DNA from: Candidatus Latescibacterota bacterium
GTDB taxonomy: Bacteria; Latescibacterota; UBA2968; UBA8231
Direction of reading: 5' to 3'
DNA: 64,000 bases
Assembly: GCA_965248265.1 (NCBI GenBank)
Contig: CBDFJF010000001.1
Coordinates: 2,432,001 to 2,496,000, forward strand
Part shown: positions 27,801-37,728 of the stretch, piece after piece
Numbering within the stretch: the stretch's first letter is position 1
How the letters are laid out: each line of letters begins with the position of its first letter
Notes under the pieces: generated by a model
What the model was told of the DNA's origin: nothing
The model's database searches: none
The model's input: only the letters and a program-made list of their open reading frames with translations
Position numbers and translations under genes: made by a program

Positions 27801-28478
27801 TCACGCCTCCGCGACGGCGGCAACCGTATCCACGTCTATGACGCGAGGTGCCCGTAAACCGGCGACGATGAAACAGGTTAGTCGAGTAATCGTCCCCTCG
27901 ACGTCGGAAGGATCGCACAAGCCACCTGAGGCGAGCGCGACGATATCGCTGGCGGAAGCCGTGTGCGCCATGGCCCCGATGGCGAAGTGTTTGCGCCATT
28001 CCAGCTCCTGTTCAGGCAACTGGGGCAGCGAGCGCTTCAGAATTCGCGAGAAACACTCGTTGACCTCCCGAAACTGGTCAATGATGGCGAGCTTGTGCGC
28101 GCTGGTGGGTTCACTGAAGAGCCGGCCCATTAGGCGCATGAAGGCCTCTCCTCCCTGGTTGGGATCGTGGCGTAGGCGCAGTGCCGGCCCGACCAACGCC
28201 CGCACCGCGACCGCCAGGGGATCTCCCGATTGGCTGGGACCAGTCCCGTGCTCACACTCGCGCAGTAGCCGCAACCTCTCTCGGTTGAGTGGTTCCAACC
28301 GACGGGCAAACACCGCCGACACCAGGGCCTCCTTCGAGCCGAAATGATAGTGGACGGAGGCGAGATTCACGTCTGCCTCAACGGTGATGGCCCGCAGTGA
28401 CGTTGCCGCGATTCCGTGATGAGCGAACAAACGTTCGGATGCGTCAAGCAGGCTATTTGTGGTATCTCGAGAGGCCAA
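27801..28478 (-). CDS. TetR-family regulator, PsrA-like
   Basis: LDASERLFA..G...TSLRAIT..ADVNLASVHYHFGSKEAL; start uncertain (TTG 28478; ORF track 28523). Confidence 0.85.
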   Translation of the reverse strand: MASRDTTNSLLDASERLFAHHGIAATSLRAITVEADVNLASVHYHFGSKEALVSAVFARRLEPLNRERLRLLRECEHGTGPSQSGDPLAVAVRALVGPALRLRHDPNQGGEAFMRLMGRLFSEPTSAHKLAIIDQFREVNECFSRILKRSLPQLPEQELEWRKHFAIGAMAHTASASDIVALASGGLCDPSDVEGTITRLTCFIVAGLRAPRVIDVDTVAAVAEA

Positions 28479-28535
28479 TAGTGTGTATCCGTGTACCTGT
28501 ATTGTTGCCCGATTGCCGCCCAAATTGGCGATCTG

Positions 28536-28551
28536 TCAAACGTTTGTTTGA
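28536..28551. promoter_or_regulatory. PsrA-type operator palindrome
   Basis: TCAAAC-gttt-GTTTGA directly upstream of the TetR gene; matches the CAAAC-N4-GTTTG site known for PsrA. Confidence 0.7.
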
Positions 28552-28607
28552 ATTTGATCAAAAGAGCTAAAAACGCAAGCCCTGCCTCAGCCTTGTCTAA
28601 ACCTGCG

Positions 28608-29540
28608 CTATGTCTGGCTGTTTCGGAACCACTGGATGGTTCGGGCGAGACCCGCATCCGGATCCACTTTCGGCTCCCAACCCAGCATCTGTCGTGCCTT
28701 GGTGATGTCGGGAAGCCGGATCTTGGGATCGTCGGCCGGCAGCGGACGATGGACGATCCGGCTACCACTCGCGGTCAAATCGATGATCTTTTCGGCCAGC
28801 TGAACCATCGTCAATTCCACCGGATTGCCGATGTTGACCGGCGTAGTAACTGTTGATTCCATCAGCTTCGAGATTCCCGCCACGAGGTCACTGACATGCC
28901 CGATGCTGCGCGTTTGGGAACCGTCACCGTACACGGTGATCTCGTCGCCTTCGAGAGCTTGTGTTATGAAATTGGGGATAGCACGGCCGTCGTCGCGACG
29001 CATACGCTCACCGTAAGTGTTGAAGATCCTGACGATCCTGGTGTCTATCCCGTGGAGGCGGTTGTAGGCCATCGTCATCGACTCCGCGAAACGTTTGGCC
29101 TCGTCGTAGACGCCTCGGATCCCGATGGGATTGACGTTCCCCCAATAATCTTCGGTCTGGGGATGGATCTGCGGATCGCCATACACCTCGGAAGTCGACG
29201 CCAACAGAAACTTTGCGCCCTTGGCACGGGCTAGACCGAGCGCCTTGTGGGTGCCCAGGGCGCCGACTTTCAAGATCCGGATACCCAGGGCTTCAAAGTC
29301 CGCCGGACTGGCAGGGCTGGCGAAATGAAGAATGAAATCCACCGGTCCGTCCACGGAGATGTACTCGGTGACATCGTGTTCGATGAACTGGAACCGTGCG
29401 TTGCCCTGGTGATGGGCGACGTTTTCCCGGCGGCCCGTCAGCAGGTTATCCATGCAGACGACCTGGTTCCCACTCCCGAGGAAAAGGTCGCACAGATGGG
29501 AGCCAATGAACCCCGCTCCGCCGGTTATCAGAATTCGCAT
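28608..29540 (-). CDS. UDP-glucuronate decarboxylase-family SDR
   Basis: [39 protein letters not shown]. Confidence 0.9.
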   Translation of the reverse strand: MRILITGGAGFIGSHLCDLFLGSGNQVVCMDNLLTGRRENVAHHQGNARFQFIEHDVTEYISVDGPVDFILHFASPASPADFEALGIRILKVGALGTHKALGLARAKGAKFLLASTSEVYGDPQIHPQTEDYWGNVNPIGIRGVYDEAKRFAESMTMAYNRLHGIDTRIVRIFNTYGERMRRDDGRAIPNFITQALEGDEITVYGDGSQTRSIGHVSDLVAGISKLMESTVTTPVNIGNPVELTMVQLAEKIIDLTASGSRIVHRPLPADDPKIRLPDITKARQMLGWEPKVDPDAGLARTIQWFRNSQT

Positions 29541-29576
29541 TGAGATGCTTCCTGCCTGACCGGTGACGCTGCGCCG

Positions 29577-30692
29577 TCAGCGGCGTGAAACGCCGTGTTG
29601 TTGCAGCACATCTACCAACCGTCGTGCGCTGTTGCCGTCCCACAACTCCGGAACGGCTCCCGCCTTACCGCCTTCGTCCAGCACCTTTTCGGCGGCAGCC
29701 ACGATGTCGTCACGATCGCAACCGACGATGGTGTTGGTGCCCTCCGTAACCGTGATCGGCCGTTCGGTGCTCTCCCGTAGCGTCAGACAGGGTACGCCCA
29801 GCACGGTCGTCTCCTCCTGAATGCCACCCGAATCGACAAGCGCCATGCGCGCATCTTTCTGCAGCTTCAAGAAATCGATGTAACCCATCGGGTCCTGGAG
29901 GATGAGTCTGGGCATCGCTGCCACTTCCCTGTCCAACCCGAAACGCTCGAGGCTCTGCCGCGTGCGTGGATGGATCTGAAACACCAGTGGAATGCGCTGC
30001 TGAATCTGCCCGAAAGCTTCCATGATACCCCTCAGCGTCGCCTCATCTTCGACGTTGGATTGGCGATGCAGGGTTGCCACAGCGTATTGTCCGGCCTGCA
30101 ATCCCAGTTGCTCGACGATACCCGACTGCTGGGCCGCCGGCAGCATCTGCACCAGGGCGTCGATCATGACGTTGCCGACGCGAAAAATACTGCCGGCCGG
30201 TACATGCTCAGCCACCAGATTGGCGTCGGCATCGGCTGAATACGTGAACAGCATGTCGGCGAAGGCGTCGGTGGCAATCCGGTAGAGCTCTTCAGGCAAC
30301 CGGCGGTCACCACTGCGCAGTCCGGCTTCGACGTGGGCCAATGGCAGATCCCATAGGGCCGCTGTCGTGGCGCAGGCCAAAGTGGAAGAAACATCGCCGA
30401 CCACCATCACGAGGTCCGGCCTCTCCGTTTCGAGTACCGTGTCGAACTTGCTCATGATGTCGGCAACCTGACTCACCCTCCCGCCATCTACGCTCGCCTC
30501 CAGATAGTGATCAGGGTCTTGCATGCCGAGTTCGTTCAAGAACACGGCCGACATTGTATAGTCGTAGTGCTGTCCCGTGTGAACGATCCGTACGCTGAAT
30601 TCGGCAGGTCGCCGGCGCAGCTCAGCGGCAATCGGCGCGACCTTCATGAAATTGGGTCGCGTCCCGATAACGAGGACGATTTTCAAGGGCAA
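29577..30692 (-). CDS. wecB: UDP-N-acetylglucosamine 2-epimerase (non-hydrolysing)
   Basis: GTRPNFMK, HTGQHYD, VVGDV, HVEAGLRS, TLHR, DSGGIQEET, TERP; start reset to TTG about 30692. Confidence 0.88.
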   Translation of the reverse strand: MPLKIVLVIGTRPNFMKVAPIAAELRRRPAEFSVRIVHTGQHYDYTMSAVFLNELGMQDPDHYLEASVDGGRVSQVADIMSKFDTVLETERPDLVMVVGDVSSTLACATTAALWDLPLAHVEAGLRSGDRRLPEELYRIATDAFADMLFTYSADADANLVAEHVPAGSIFRVGNVMIDALVQMLPAAQQSGIVEQLGLQAGQYAVATLHRQSNVEDEATLRGIMEAFGQIQQRIPLVFQIHPRTRQSLERFGLDREVAAMPRLILQDPMGYIDFLKLQKDARMALVDSGGIQEETTVLGVPCLTLRESTERPITVTEGTNTIVGCDRDDIVAAAEKVLDEGGKAGAVPELWDGNSARRLVDVLQQHGVSRR

Positions 30693-30812
30693 CGTGCCTT
30701 TTGTTGTGGGTGGTAGGGTTCTAAGTATAGCCGCGCCGGCACCGCAGCGGCAACCCGATCGATGCTCCGACCAACCCCGAAGCAGGGGATCGGTTTGTCT
30801 CGAAGACGTCGA

Positions 30813-30841
30813 TTGACCGCACGGAAGCCAGTCGCTACTAT
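30813..30841 (+). promoter_or_regulatory. Sigma70-type promoter upstream of dnaE
   Basis: TTGACC-17 bp-TACTAT. Confidence 0.6.
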
Positions 30842-30992
30842 GTGCCGCTGACTCAGTGTTTCCGAGGCCCCGGTCCTCTCGTCCGGTGCAACCGTCCGGT
30901 GCCTGCGCAGCGCTCGCTCCCGTCCTCCCCTGGTCGCTGCCGGTCACCTCTTGAGCAATCTGTTTCTCCTTCCCCTTGCGAGGTACGACTCC

Positions 30993-33900
30993 GTGGCAAC
31001 TGCCGAGTTCGTTCACCTGCACGGCCACAGCGAATACAGCCTGTTGGATGGCGGCTGCGCCATCGACTCCATGGCCGAACTCGCCGGCGAGTATGAGATG
31101 CCGGCTCTGGCCATCACCGACCACGGCAACCTGTTTGGTGCCGTGTCCCACTACAAGGCCTGCGCCGAAGCGGGGATCAAGCCCATCATCGGCTGTGAGG
31201 TCTACGTCTCCGTCGGATCCCGCCATCTGAGAAAACCAGCGAGAGAGATGCAGCATGCCTCGAATCATCTGGTTTTGCTGGCCAAGAACCTGACTGGCTA
31301 CAAGAACCTCATCAAGCTGGTCTCCAAGGGATACACCGAGGGCTACTACTACAACCCACGAGTGGACAAGGAGCTACTCACGGAGTATTCGGAGGGCTTG
31401 ATCTGCCTGTCAGCCTGCGTCAGCGGTGAGATCGCCCATCTGATCCAACGCGAGGGCTTGACCGCGGCCGAACAAGCCGCCGAGGAGTTCCGCAACATCT
31501 TCGGCGATGATTATTTCCTGGAGATACAACGCCACGGGATCGACATCGAAGAAAAGGTCAACGACGGCCTGCTCCGCCTGCATCAAAAAATGGATATCCC
31601 CCTGGTTGCCACCAACGACTTCCACTTTCTACGCGCCGACGACCACGGCGCACACGACGCCCTGGTCTGCATTCAGACCGGCAAGAACCTGGGCGACAAG
31701 AACCGGATGTGTTATCCGACCGGCCTGTACATGAAGACGGCAGCCGAAATGCAGGCCTTGTTCCGCGACCTGCCAAACACCCTCGAGAGCTCCGTGGAGA
31801 TTGCCGGCCGCTGCGATCTGGAGATGGAGTTCGGGCAGTTGATCCTTCCTGACTTTGAGCTTCCTGAGGAACAGCCCGACGCCTTCGTATACCTCAATGA
31901 GCTTGCGAACGAGGGTCTGCGTCGGCGCTACGGCCGCATCGACGAGGTGTTGCAACAGCGCCTCGACTACGAGCTCGACATCATCCGCGAGACCGGTTTT
32001 GTCGACTACTTCCTCATTGTCTGGGACTATGTTCACTTCGCCCGTAACAGCGGCATGACGGTTGGTCCCGGGCGCGGCTCGGGCGCCGGTAGCCTGGTCG
32101 CCTATAGCTTGCGCATTACCGACACCGACCCCATCGGCCACAACCTGTTGTTCGAGCGCTTTCTCAATCCAGAACGCGTGTCACCGCCCGATTTCGACAT
32201 CGATTTCGCCGATCGCGACAAGATCGTTCAGTACGTCGTCGACAAGTATGGTGAAAGCAATGTCTGCCAGATCATCACCTTCGGGACGATGGGAGCAAAA
32301 GCCGTCATCCGCGACGTCGGCCGAGTGTTGGGAATGCCTTTCGGAGAGGTCGATGCCATCGCCAAGCTGGTGCCGACCGAATTGAAGATGACCCTGGACA
32401 AGGCCATCGAGCGCGTGCCTGAACTCAAGGACATCAGTGTCGCCAAGGACGAGCGCGGCCAGCTCATGGCCCACGCCCGCAAGCTTGAAGGGCTGGCGCG
32501 CCACGCCTCCGTCCACGCTGCCGGTGTCATCATCGCCCCCAGCGACCTGACCGAGTTCGTGCCGCTCTACCGGGCGCCGAAGGATGGCAGGATCCTGACC
32601 CAATGGGACGGTCCCACCTGTGAGGAAGTCGGCTTCTTGAAGATGGACTTCCTCGGACTCAATGAACTCAACCTGATGGACGAGGCCGTGCGCCTGATCC
32701 GTATTCAGGAACCGGAGTTTTCGATCGAATCGATCCCCTGGGACGACCACGCTACGCTCGATCTCTTTGGACGCGGCGAGACCGTTGGGGTGTTCCAGTT
32801 TGAAAGCGGCGGCATGCGGGAGTACCTGTCGCAACTCAAGCCGGACAAGATCAGCGACATCATTGCCATGAACGCGCTGTATCGCCCTGGTCCGATGGAG
32901 AAGATCCCCAACTACATCGCCCGCAAGCACGGTGAGGAGGAGATCACCTATCTGCATCCGGACCTCGAGCCGATCCTGGAGGAGACCTACGGGGTCATCG
33001 TCTACCAGGAGCAGGTCCTGCAGATCGCCCAACGGTTGGCCGGTTTCACCATCGGCAGCGCCGATATCCTGCGCCGCGCCATGGGCAAGAAAAAGGCCGA
33101 AGAGATGGCGGCGCAGGAAAAGGCCTTCATCGAGGGCTGCCTGGCCAACGATGTCGACCGCAGGGTTGCCGATCAGCTATTCGCCGAGATCGACGTGTTC
33201 TCCGGGTACGGCTTCAACAAGTGTCACGCAGCGCCATACGCCGAACTGGCCTACAAGAACGCCTACCTCAAGGCCAACTACCCTGGCGAGTACATGGCAG
33301 CCAGCCTGACCACGTCGATGAGCAACAGCGATAACGTGAAGGTGTTGCTGGATGAATGCCGGCGGATGGATATCCCGGTTCTTCCCCCCAACGTCAACGA
33401 GAGCGCCGGGAACTTCGTCCCCACCCTCGAAGGCATCCGCTTCGGTTTGGCCGCCGTCAAGAATGTGGGCGCCGGCGCCGCGCAGGCCATCGTCGATGAG
33501 CGCGTTCAGGGCGGACGTTACACCGATCTTTTTGATCTGTGTGAACGCATCGACTTGAAAGCCGTTAACCGGCGGGTGGTGGAGAGTCTGATCAGTGCCG
33601 GCGGCCTCGACACGCTGGAGGGACACCGCGCTCAGATGTTGGAGGGACTGGAACTGGCTCTCAAGAGTGCCCAGCAGATCCAACTGCAGCGCGAACGCGG
33701 ACAAATCAGCCTGTTCGACACTCCAGGGGATGACTCGGGCAATTCGGCTGTCGAGCGCCTGAGCTTGCCTGAATTCGAGGAGTGGTCGGAAGGCCAGAAA
33801 CTGGCCCATGAACGCGAACTGCTCGGCTTCTACGTTTCCAGTCACCCGCTGGATCCCTACCAACGGGATCTCGAGTATTTCACCGTTTCACTCGCCGAGG

Positions 33901-34460
33901 TCCAGGAGCAGGAAGAGGGTAGTCTCTTGCGCGTGGGAGGTCTGGTTGGCCGCGTCAGCACCGCCAGCGACCGCAAGGGCAATCCGATGGCCTTCGTCAC
34001 CCTCGAAGACAAGATGGACCAGAGCGACGTGGTCTTTTTCTCCGATGCCTACAGCAAGCACCGCGACCTCATTCACCAGGACCAGCCCCTGCTGGTGGAA
34101 GGCCGGCTGTCCAGGCGCAACGGCACCGGCAACGTTCAGGTTGAATCAGCCATGTTGCTTTCGCAGGCCCGTGAACGGTTGACCCGAGCCCTGCACATCT
34201 CTCTGGTAGCCGACCAGGTCGTCCCGGACATGCTCGAGCAGCTAAAGACCGTGTGCCAGGGATATTCCGGACGCTGCGAGCTGGTGATCCATCTGCGCAA
34301 CGGCGGCGACACAGACACGGTAGTGCGCTCGCGCAGTATCCAGGTCGACCCCTGTGACGAGTTGTTGCGCCAGTTGAGCGAAGTCGTCAAAGGCGGCCGT
34401 TCCTGGCTGGCACCGGAACCGTTGGCCTTTCAGGCCTACCAGCGCAAGCGAAGTTTTTGA
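30993..34460 (+). CDS. dnaE: DNA polymerase III alpha subunit
   Basis: PHP domain HLHGHSEYSLLDG, GRGSGAGS, PDFDIDF, KMDFLGL, YQEQ, GFNKCH, OB fold; GTG 30993 with GAGG RBS. Confidence 0.97.
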   Translation: MATAEFVHLHGHSEYSLLDGGCAIDSMAELAGEYEMPALAITDHGNLFGAVSHYKACAEAGIKPIIGCEVYVSVGSRHLRKPAREMQHASNHLVLLAKNLTGYKNLIKLVSKGYTEGYYYNPRVDKELLTEYSEGLICLSACVSGEIAHLIQREGLTAAEQAAEEFRNIFGDDYFLEIQRHGIDIEEKVNDGLLRLHQKMDIPLVATNDFHFLRADDHGAHDALVCIQTGKNLGDKNRMCYPTGLYMKTAAEMQALFRDLPNTLESSVEIAGRCDLEMEFGQLILPDFELPEEQPDAFVYLNELANEGLRRRYGRIDEVLQQRLDYELDIIRETGFVDYFLIVWDYVHFARNSGMTVGPGRGSGAGSLVAYSLRITDTDPIGHNLLFERFLNPERVSPPDFDIDFADRDKIVQYVVDKYGESNVCQIITFGTMGAKAVIRDVGRVLGMPFGEVDAIAKLVPTELKMTLDKAIERVPELKDISVAKDERGQLMAHARKLEGLARHASVHAAGVIIAPSDLTEFVPLYRAPKDGRILTQWDGPTCEEVGFLKMDFLGLNELNLMDEAVRLIRIQEPEFSIESIPWDDHATLDLFGRGETVGVFQFESGGMREYLSQLKPDKISDIIAMNALYRPGPMEKIPNYIARKHGEEEITYLHPDLEPILEETYGVIVYQEQVLQIAQRLAGFTIGSADILRRAMGKKKAEEMAAQEKAFIEGCLANDVDRRVADQLFAEIDVFSGYGFNKCHAAPYAELAYKNAYLKANYPGEYMAASLTTSMSNSDNVKVLLDECRRMDIPVLPPNVNESAGNFVPTLEGIRFGLAAVKNVGAGAAQAIVDERVQGGRYTDLFDLCERIDLKAVNRRVVESLISAGGLDTLEGHRAQMLEGLELALKSAQQIQLQRERGQISLFDTPGDDSGNSAVERLSLPEFEEWSEGQKLAHERELLGFYVSSHPLDPYQRDLEYFTVSLAEVQEQEEGSLLRVGGLVGRVSTASDRKGNPMAFVTLEDKMDQSDVVFFSDAYSKHRDLIHQDQPLLVEGRLSRRNGTGNVQVESAMLLSQARERLTRALHISLVADQVVPDMLEQLKTVCQGYSGRCELVIHLRNGGDTDTVVRSRSIQVDPCDELLRQLSEVVKGGRSWLAPEPLAFQAYQRKRSF

Positions 34461-34468
34461 AGCAAGGC

Positions 34469-34497
34469 TGAAACCGCCAGGTCGAAGCGCCCGTCTA
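34469..34497 (+). promoter_or_regulatory. Possible ECF-sigma promoter upstream of the TlpA gene
   Basis: TGAAAC-17 bp-CGTCTA. Confidence 0.4.
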
Positions 34498-34544
34498 AAA
34501 GGTCGGCGCTGCGCTCCTGCCGTTAACCCGAGTCCGCTACTAAG

Positions 34545-35108
34545 ATGAAGCTCAACGCAGCGTTATGCTTTCCTGCTCTCCTGGTCGGGCTTGTGGTCGC
34601 GGGTTGCCGCCCCAGCCACGACGCCGATGGCGGTACCGACGAACGTTCGCCGGATACCGAGATTCCGCTGGTTGGCGAATTCGACCTAAAAACCTACAGG
34701 GGCAAGGTTGTCCTCCTCAATTTCTGGGCTACCTGGTGCGGACCCTGTCGGATCGAAATTCCTGCCTTGGTCAAGTTGCGCAAGAGCTTCAAGCCGGAGG
34801 AGGTCGCCATCATCGGCGTTGCTACGGGTGAGCGCGGCGCCCAGCGGCAGGTGCAGAAGCTGCTGAAGACGGTCGCCGCGGAGTACGACATCAATTACGA
34901 GCTCTACTACGACCATGACAACGCCTTGTTCTATGAATGGGCGGAGCGTGCTTCGCTCATGGGTGCACTCCCGTCGACCCTGCTGTTCGACGCCAGCGGC
35001 GAACTCCAGGGTAAACACCTGGGCGTTCCCCGCAACCGGAGAACGGGCAAACTCGATCCCTTCGGTGTTATTGGTGAGGAGATTCAGTCGATCAAGGACG
35101 GCGGTTGA
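34545..35108 (+). CDS. TlpA/ResA-family thiol-disulfide oxidoreductase lipoprotein
   Basis: Lipobox VAGC; GKVVLLNFWATWCGPC..EIP; LPST. Confidence 0.88.
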   Translation: MKLNAALCFPALLVGLVVAGCRPSHDADGGTDERSPDTEIPLVGEFDLKTYRGKVVLLNFWATWCGPCRIEIPALVKLRKSFKPEEVAIIGVATGERGAQRQVQKLLKTVAAEYDINYELYYDHDNALFYEWAERASLMGALPSTLLFDASGELQGKHLGVPRNRRTGKLDPFGVIGEEIQSIKDGG

Positions 35109-35140
35109 GTCTGAGCCAGTCTGTCACGTGATGGTATAGA

Positions 35141-35179
35141 AAAGGGGGACGGTGTCAGACACCGTCCCCCTTCTTTTTT
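35141..35179. terminator. Bidirectional intrinsic terminator between convergent genes
   Basis: AAGGGGGACGGTGT-cag-ACACCGTCCCCCTT followed by CTTTTTT. Confidence 0.88.
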
Positions 35180-35194
35180 AGTCTTGCCGAGCCT

Positions 35195-35479
35195 TCAGCT
35201 GACGTAATTCTTGAGTACCTTTTGTCCATGCCGCTTGACCAGAACCTCCTTGAACTTCACGATCGTCGTGCCGTCACGCAGGTTGTCGATCATCGCCTTC
35301 TTCGACATCACCAGTAGGGTGCCTCTGCGGTAATCCGGAAAGCGGCAAAAGCTGGAGGTGACCTCCTCGCCGGTGATGCAGCAGACATCCTCTACTTCCA
35401 GTTCTTGGTGCTTCCTGGGATCGAAGGAAAAATCGGTCGATTCGTCTTCTTCGGAGCGCGCGTTCGAACGCTCTGTCAT
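35195..35479 (-). CDS. Hypothetical protein (94 aa)
   Basis: ATG with GGAGG RBS; ends at the shared terminator; CCITGE..FC motif. Confidence 0.65.
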   Translation of the reverse strand: MTERSNARSEEDESTDFSFDPRKHQELEVEDVCCITGEEVTSSFCRFPDYRRGTLLVMSKKAMIDNLRDGTTIVKFKEVLVKRHGQKVLKNYVS

Positions 35480-35492
35480 CTTGTATCCTCCA

Positions 35493-35518
35493 TGTGTACT
35501 CCGGTTGTGTACTCCGGT
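35493..35518. repeat. Perfect 13-bp tandem duplication in the leader of the 94-aa gene
   Basis: TGTGTACTCCGGT twice. Confidence 0.85.
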
Positions 35519-35712
35519 AATGCGGGATCTTGAGAGCTATAATAGACGGCCCCGAGCGGTTTAAATTAAATTGTCCCCAGAGCGGTCCGAATTAAATCGC
35601 CCCCCCCCAGCGGGTCGGTGCACTTTTTAAGATAGGCGCTGGAGTGGAGGTCGGGCAAGGGTCGGAGCAGGTAAGGGCTGTGATGAGGGGCCCCTCGCAG
35701 ATCGCCGTGTGC

Positions 35713-36473
35713 TCAGAAGGGTAGATCCTGGAAGCGGGACAGTATGTCGGGGCCGTTGGTAGTGACGGCGACCGTGTGCTCGAACTGGCCGACAACTTGC
35801 CGTCCTGGGTCACCGCGGTCCATTCATCGTCGAGCACGCGGGTGTCAGCAGTGCCCTCGTTCACCATCGGCTCGACAGTGAAAACGATGCCGGCCTCCAA
35901 TCTGCGACCCGTGTCCGGCATGCCGAAGTGCAGTAACTGCGGCTCCTCGTGGAAGGCCCTGCCGATTCCGTGCCCGCAGTACTCGCGCACCACCGAGAAC
36001 CCTTCGGCCTCAGCATGATTTTGTATGGCATGGCCGACGTCACCCAGACGCTGGTCGGCGCGCGAGGCCTGGAGGCCGATCTCCATGGACTCGCGGGTTG
36101 TGTCGAGCAACCGTTGGGCGACGACACTGAGAGCACCGACGCCGACACTCACATTCATGTCGCCATGGTACCCATCTTTGTGAACGGCGATGTCCACGGA
36201 AAGGATATCGCCTTCGACGAGCTTGCGATCACCGGGGATACCATGAACGACTTCCTCGTTCACGGAGATGCAGATGCTCTTCGGATATCCGCGATACCCC
36301 TTGGCGCTGGGGATAGCCCCGCAGCCGCGAATGTAATCGTCTGCCTCCTCGTCCAGCTGAGCGGTGGTAACCCCGGGTGTGATCTGATCCATCACCCGGG
36401 CCATGGCTTCCGCGGCGATGCGGCAGCTGGCGCGGATCTTTTCGACCTCCGCGGGGGACTTCAGGTGGATCAT
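35713..36473 (-). CDS. map: Type I methionine aminopeptidase, with a single-base frameshift near the 3' end
   Basis: CISVNEEVVHGIP, DIA..DGYHGD, GHGIG..FHEEP, TVEPM; at about 35787 GCC-AGT-TCG replaces the expected GCC-CAG-TTC-GAG-CAC-ACG (AQFEHT), and the corrected frame ends at TGA 35713. Confidence 0.9.
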
Positions 36474-36590
36474 TCGGGCCTTTGGTACGGACGTGTTGCG
36501 GTCACCGCCGCGCTGGCTGCTCTTGCCATGCTCCCTGTGGACGTAAATTAGGGTCGCTGCCCGAGTGCGTCGAATACCCTCTTTAGGCCT

Positions 36591-37631
36591 ATGACTGCGA
36601 CCGACTTCATAGCTGAACCCATCATCTCTTTACTGATGCCCGTGTACCAGGCTGCCGCTACCCTGCCGGAAACGCTCGAGAGCCTGCGCTCCCAGTCGCT
36701 GGATCGCTTTGAGATCGTCGCCGTTGACGATGGCTCAACGGACGAGAGCCGAGCCATCCTCGAGGCATGGCGACGGACCGATTCCCGTCTGCGCCCGGAG
36801 TTCCAAGATCACGCCGGCCTTACCCATGCCCTTAACCATGGCCTTCGATCGTGTAAGGCACCCTACATCGCCCGCATGGATGCCGACGACTTGGCCGCGC
36901 CCCAACGGCTGGAAAAGCAGCTGCAGTTTATGGAGCACCATCCCCAGGTGAGCGTCCTCGGCACGCAGATAGAGTGTTTTCCGGCGGACCAGGTGGGGGA
37001 GGGATACCGCGTTTACTGCGAGTGGCAGAACGCCTTGATCGAGCACGAGCAGATTGCGCGGGAGATCTTCGTCGAGAGTCCCCTCACCCATCCTTCTGTC
37101 ATGCTTCGGCGCGACGAGCTGCTCGCCCTCGGAGGCTATCACGATTGTGTCTGGGCGGAGGACTACGACTTGTGGCTGCGTTACTTCTCCGCCGGCAAGC
37201 GCTTCGCCAAGTTGCCCGAAGTCCTGCTGTCATGGCGTCAACATCCGGGACGGTTGACGCGCACGGACTCGCGTTATTCGGTCGAGAATTTCCTGCGGGC
37301 GAAAGCCCACTATCTGCTCGCCGGTCCCCTGCAGGGTCGCGATGCCCTGTTCGTCTGGGGCGCCGGCAAGACGGGGCGCCGGATCTCCAAACACCTCATA
37401 CGCGGCGGCTGCACACCCACCGCATTCATCGACATCGATGACAACAAGATCGGAGGAACCTTGCGGCGGGTCCCCGTTATCGGGATGGGCGACCTGTCAA
37501 AACAGTGGTCGCAGTGGCAGCGCCCATTCCTGCTGGCGGCAGTGGCCTCTCGCGGTGCACGGAAGTTGATCCGGGAGGAATTGGAAAAACTGCAGCTGGC
37601 CGAGGGTGAGGACTTTCTGTGTGCCGCGTGA
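36591..37631 (+). CDS. Family 2 glycosyltransferase
   Basis: SLLMPVY, VDDGSTD, ARMDADD, HPSV, EDYDLW; C-terminal Rossmann-like WGAGKTG. Confidence 0.88.
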   Translation: MTATDFIAEPIISLLMPVYQAAATLPETLESLRSQSLDRFEIVAVDDGSTDESRAILEAWRRTDSRLRPEFQDHAGLTHALNHGLRSCKAPYIARMDADDLAAPQRLEKQLQFMEHHPQVSVLGTQIECFPADQVGEGYRVYCEWQNALIEHEQIAREIFVESPLTHPSVMLRRDELLALGGYHDCVWAEDYDLWLRYFSAGKRFAKLPEVLLSWRQHPGRLTRTDSRYSVENFLRAKAHYLLAGPLQGRDALFVWGAGKTGRRISKHLIRGGCTPTAFIDIDDNKIGGTLRRVPVIGMGDLSKQWSQWQRPFLLAAVASRGARKLIREELEKLQLAEGEDFLCAA

Positions 37632-37728
37632 TGTCACGCAACGGTTGGAAAAATTTGCGGCGCTCTTTGGCCTGATTGTTCGGCCTAAAAACGCTTGCCA
37701 AATTTCCGGACTCTTGCTAACAATGGCT

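Noticed and set aside
30693-31268. 192-aa N-terminal extension of wecB in the ORF track
   Set aside because: Overlaps the dnaE 5' end and its promoter on the other strand; homology begins at KIVLVIGTRPN
35493-35615. CRISPR-like array
   Set aside because: Repeats are few, degenerate and lack unique spacers; no cas genes
35592-35712. C-terminal 293-aa version of Map in the ORF track
   Set aside because: The tail results from the frameshift at about 35787; the homologous frame stops at 35713
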